From the NCBI GenBank assembly GCA_010015805.1, contig ML978122.1, positions 372,001-436,000 on the forward strand: a stretch of 64,000 nucleotides of DNA, in the 5' to 3' direction. A program made the translations under genes and the position numbers. The DNA is from Rhizodiscina lignyota. Its lineage: Eukaryota. Of the stretch, positions 62,820 to 64,000 are shown piece by piece. The notes beneath the pieces are model-generated. The model was not told where the DNA came from, did no database searches, and was given only the letters and a program-made list of their open reading frames with translations. Every line of letters starts with the position of its first letter. The first letter of the stretch is position 1.

Positions 62820-63062
62820 TGTGTAATAGCGTGAGAGAAATTGATGAAGAGGAGTGAGAAATGTGTATGTGTATGTGTGTAAAGCGGGAGAGAAATGGAT
62901 GTGGATGGGTGAGGATTTGATGGTTTGTGTGTAAAGCGGGAGAGAGATTGATGGAGATGGATGTGCCTTGATGAGATGTGTGAGAGAGATTGATGTAGAT
63001 GACCGAGAAATGTGTATGTGTCTCTGTGTGTGCTTGAAAGTGTGTGCTTGTGTGTGTATGTG
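62820..63062. repeat. Low-complexity GA/GT-rich tract with short direct repeats
   Basis: GTGTGTAAAGCGGGAGAGA x2, GAGAAATGTGTATGTGT x2, GAGAGATTGATG x2; lies upstream of the 62785 gene. Confidence 0.7.
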
Positions 63063-64000
63063 ATTCTTAGAGCAGAAAGAGCTGAGCAGTATTCTCTGAG
63101 AGATGTAGCAAAGTTCTGAAGAGGAAATGGAAGAGGACGAAGAGAGCCCTTTATACTGGCGCGGCGGCAGCAGACGTTGGACCGCGTTGGGAAACGTTGA
63201 GACGTTGAGACCCCCTCCCACCAGTTGAAAGAAGAATGATGCTTTAAACGGTTTCCGATACTCCATACAGATGCAATGATGAATGTAATAAGACCCATGG
63301 GAGAAGGACAGATAGCGATAATAGAGCAACGAGGCGATAGTGGAAGGCCATCCGCTACTGACTACGGAACAGACGCTCGTAGATGGTGGCGACAGCGGAG
63401 GTGGTGGGCGTAATGAATGTTGCATTGCACTAGCACCAAAGGCTTGATCCAGGGTATATGGATCATGATCTGATGTTAGAATCAAAATTCAGGTGACTCT
63501 TAGAGCTCGGACAACCTCCTCGGTTCCTGTGTCCAGAAAATAGGGCATGCTGTGAACCAAGAGCGAGGAGATAAACAGCTGATAGCTTAATTGAGAACAT
63601 ATACTGAACCATGAGGCTCACAGCGCAGTGGTTGTCGTACGCTGGCTGCAGTCCCGGTCCCCACCAAGGCAAGACCGCAGTGATGCTCAACAGCCAAAGC
63701 TCAGGAGGCCAGGTACTTTGCAAAAGTACATACCGAGAGCAGTGTAGAAGTTGCAGAGATGGTTTGGATTTTGCACACAGCTCAACAGCGGCGGTGCTAG
63801 GCCGCAATAGTCTTCCGCGGGCGTGCCATGCATGATTTCACGACGATTCCTGGCCCGTCTGTAGTCGTACGGAAGCCCAGAACTCTTATGCCACTCGTGA
63901 GAAAGACAAACAGGTCTCCATTTCATCTTGAAGGCCACAAGAAGTCCGAAAGGGTGTCTCTGGCTACAATGAAACCGCTGAAGGCTACCCGCAGTGACTG

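Noticed and set aside
62787..63485. 232-aa and 165-aa His/Thr-rich minus-strand ORFs
   Set aside because: Artefacts of the low-complexity GA/GT tract.

Overview
Eukaryotic DNA from a filamentous ascomycete: short GT-AG introns with CTRAC branch points, Zn2Cys6 regulators, Clr5 and F-box genes. About 22 spliced or intact protein genes are supported. Housekeeping genes are pyruvate kinase, MET7, NAT4, GAB1/PIG-U and NOP7. There are two small, probably catabolic, regulator-linked clusters: (i) Zn2Cys6 TF + acyl-CoA carboxyltransferase beta subunit + acyl-CoA synthetase at 1-5.8 kb, and (ii) amidohydrolase + Zn2Cys6 TF + cupin + MFS at 49.3-57.5 kb. Other genes include a P450, a GH27 and several lineage-specific genes. 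The most unusual part is a ~9 kb island with no recognisable gene (8.3-17.4 kb). It contains two diverged 429-bp tandem cassettes (9869-10297 and 10350-10778, minus strand). Each cassette carries a conserved upstream palindrome, a ~110-120 nt segment with a covarying multi-hairpin fold ending in T8, and a Pol III B-box lying downstream of that terminator, and each is bounded by GTGAGT...TGCAG. I cannot assign these to a known ncRNA family. A second, unrelated array of ~140-bp units with swappable G-U-rich hairpins lies at 12.5-12.9 kb. All calls are by eye without database searches; exon boundaries are approximate unless stated.
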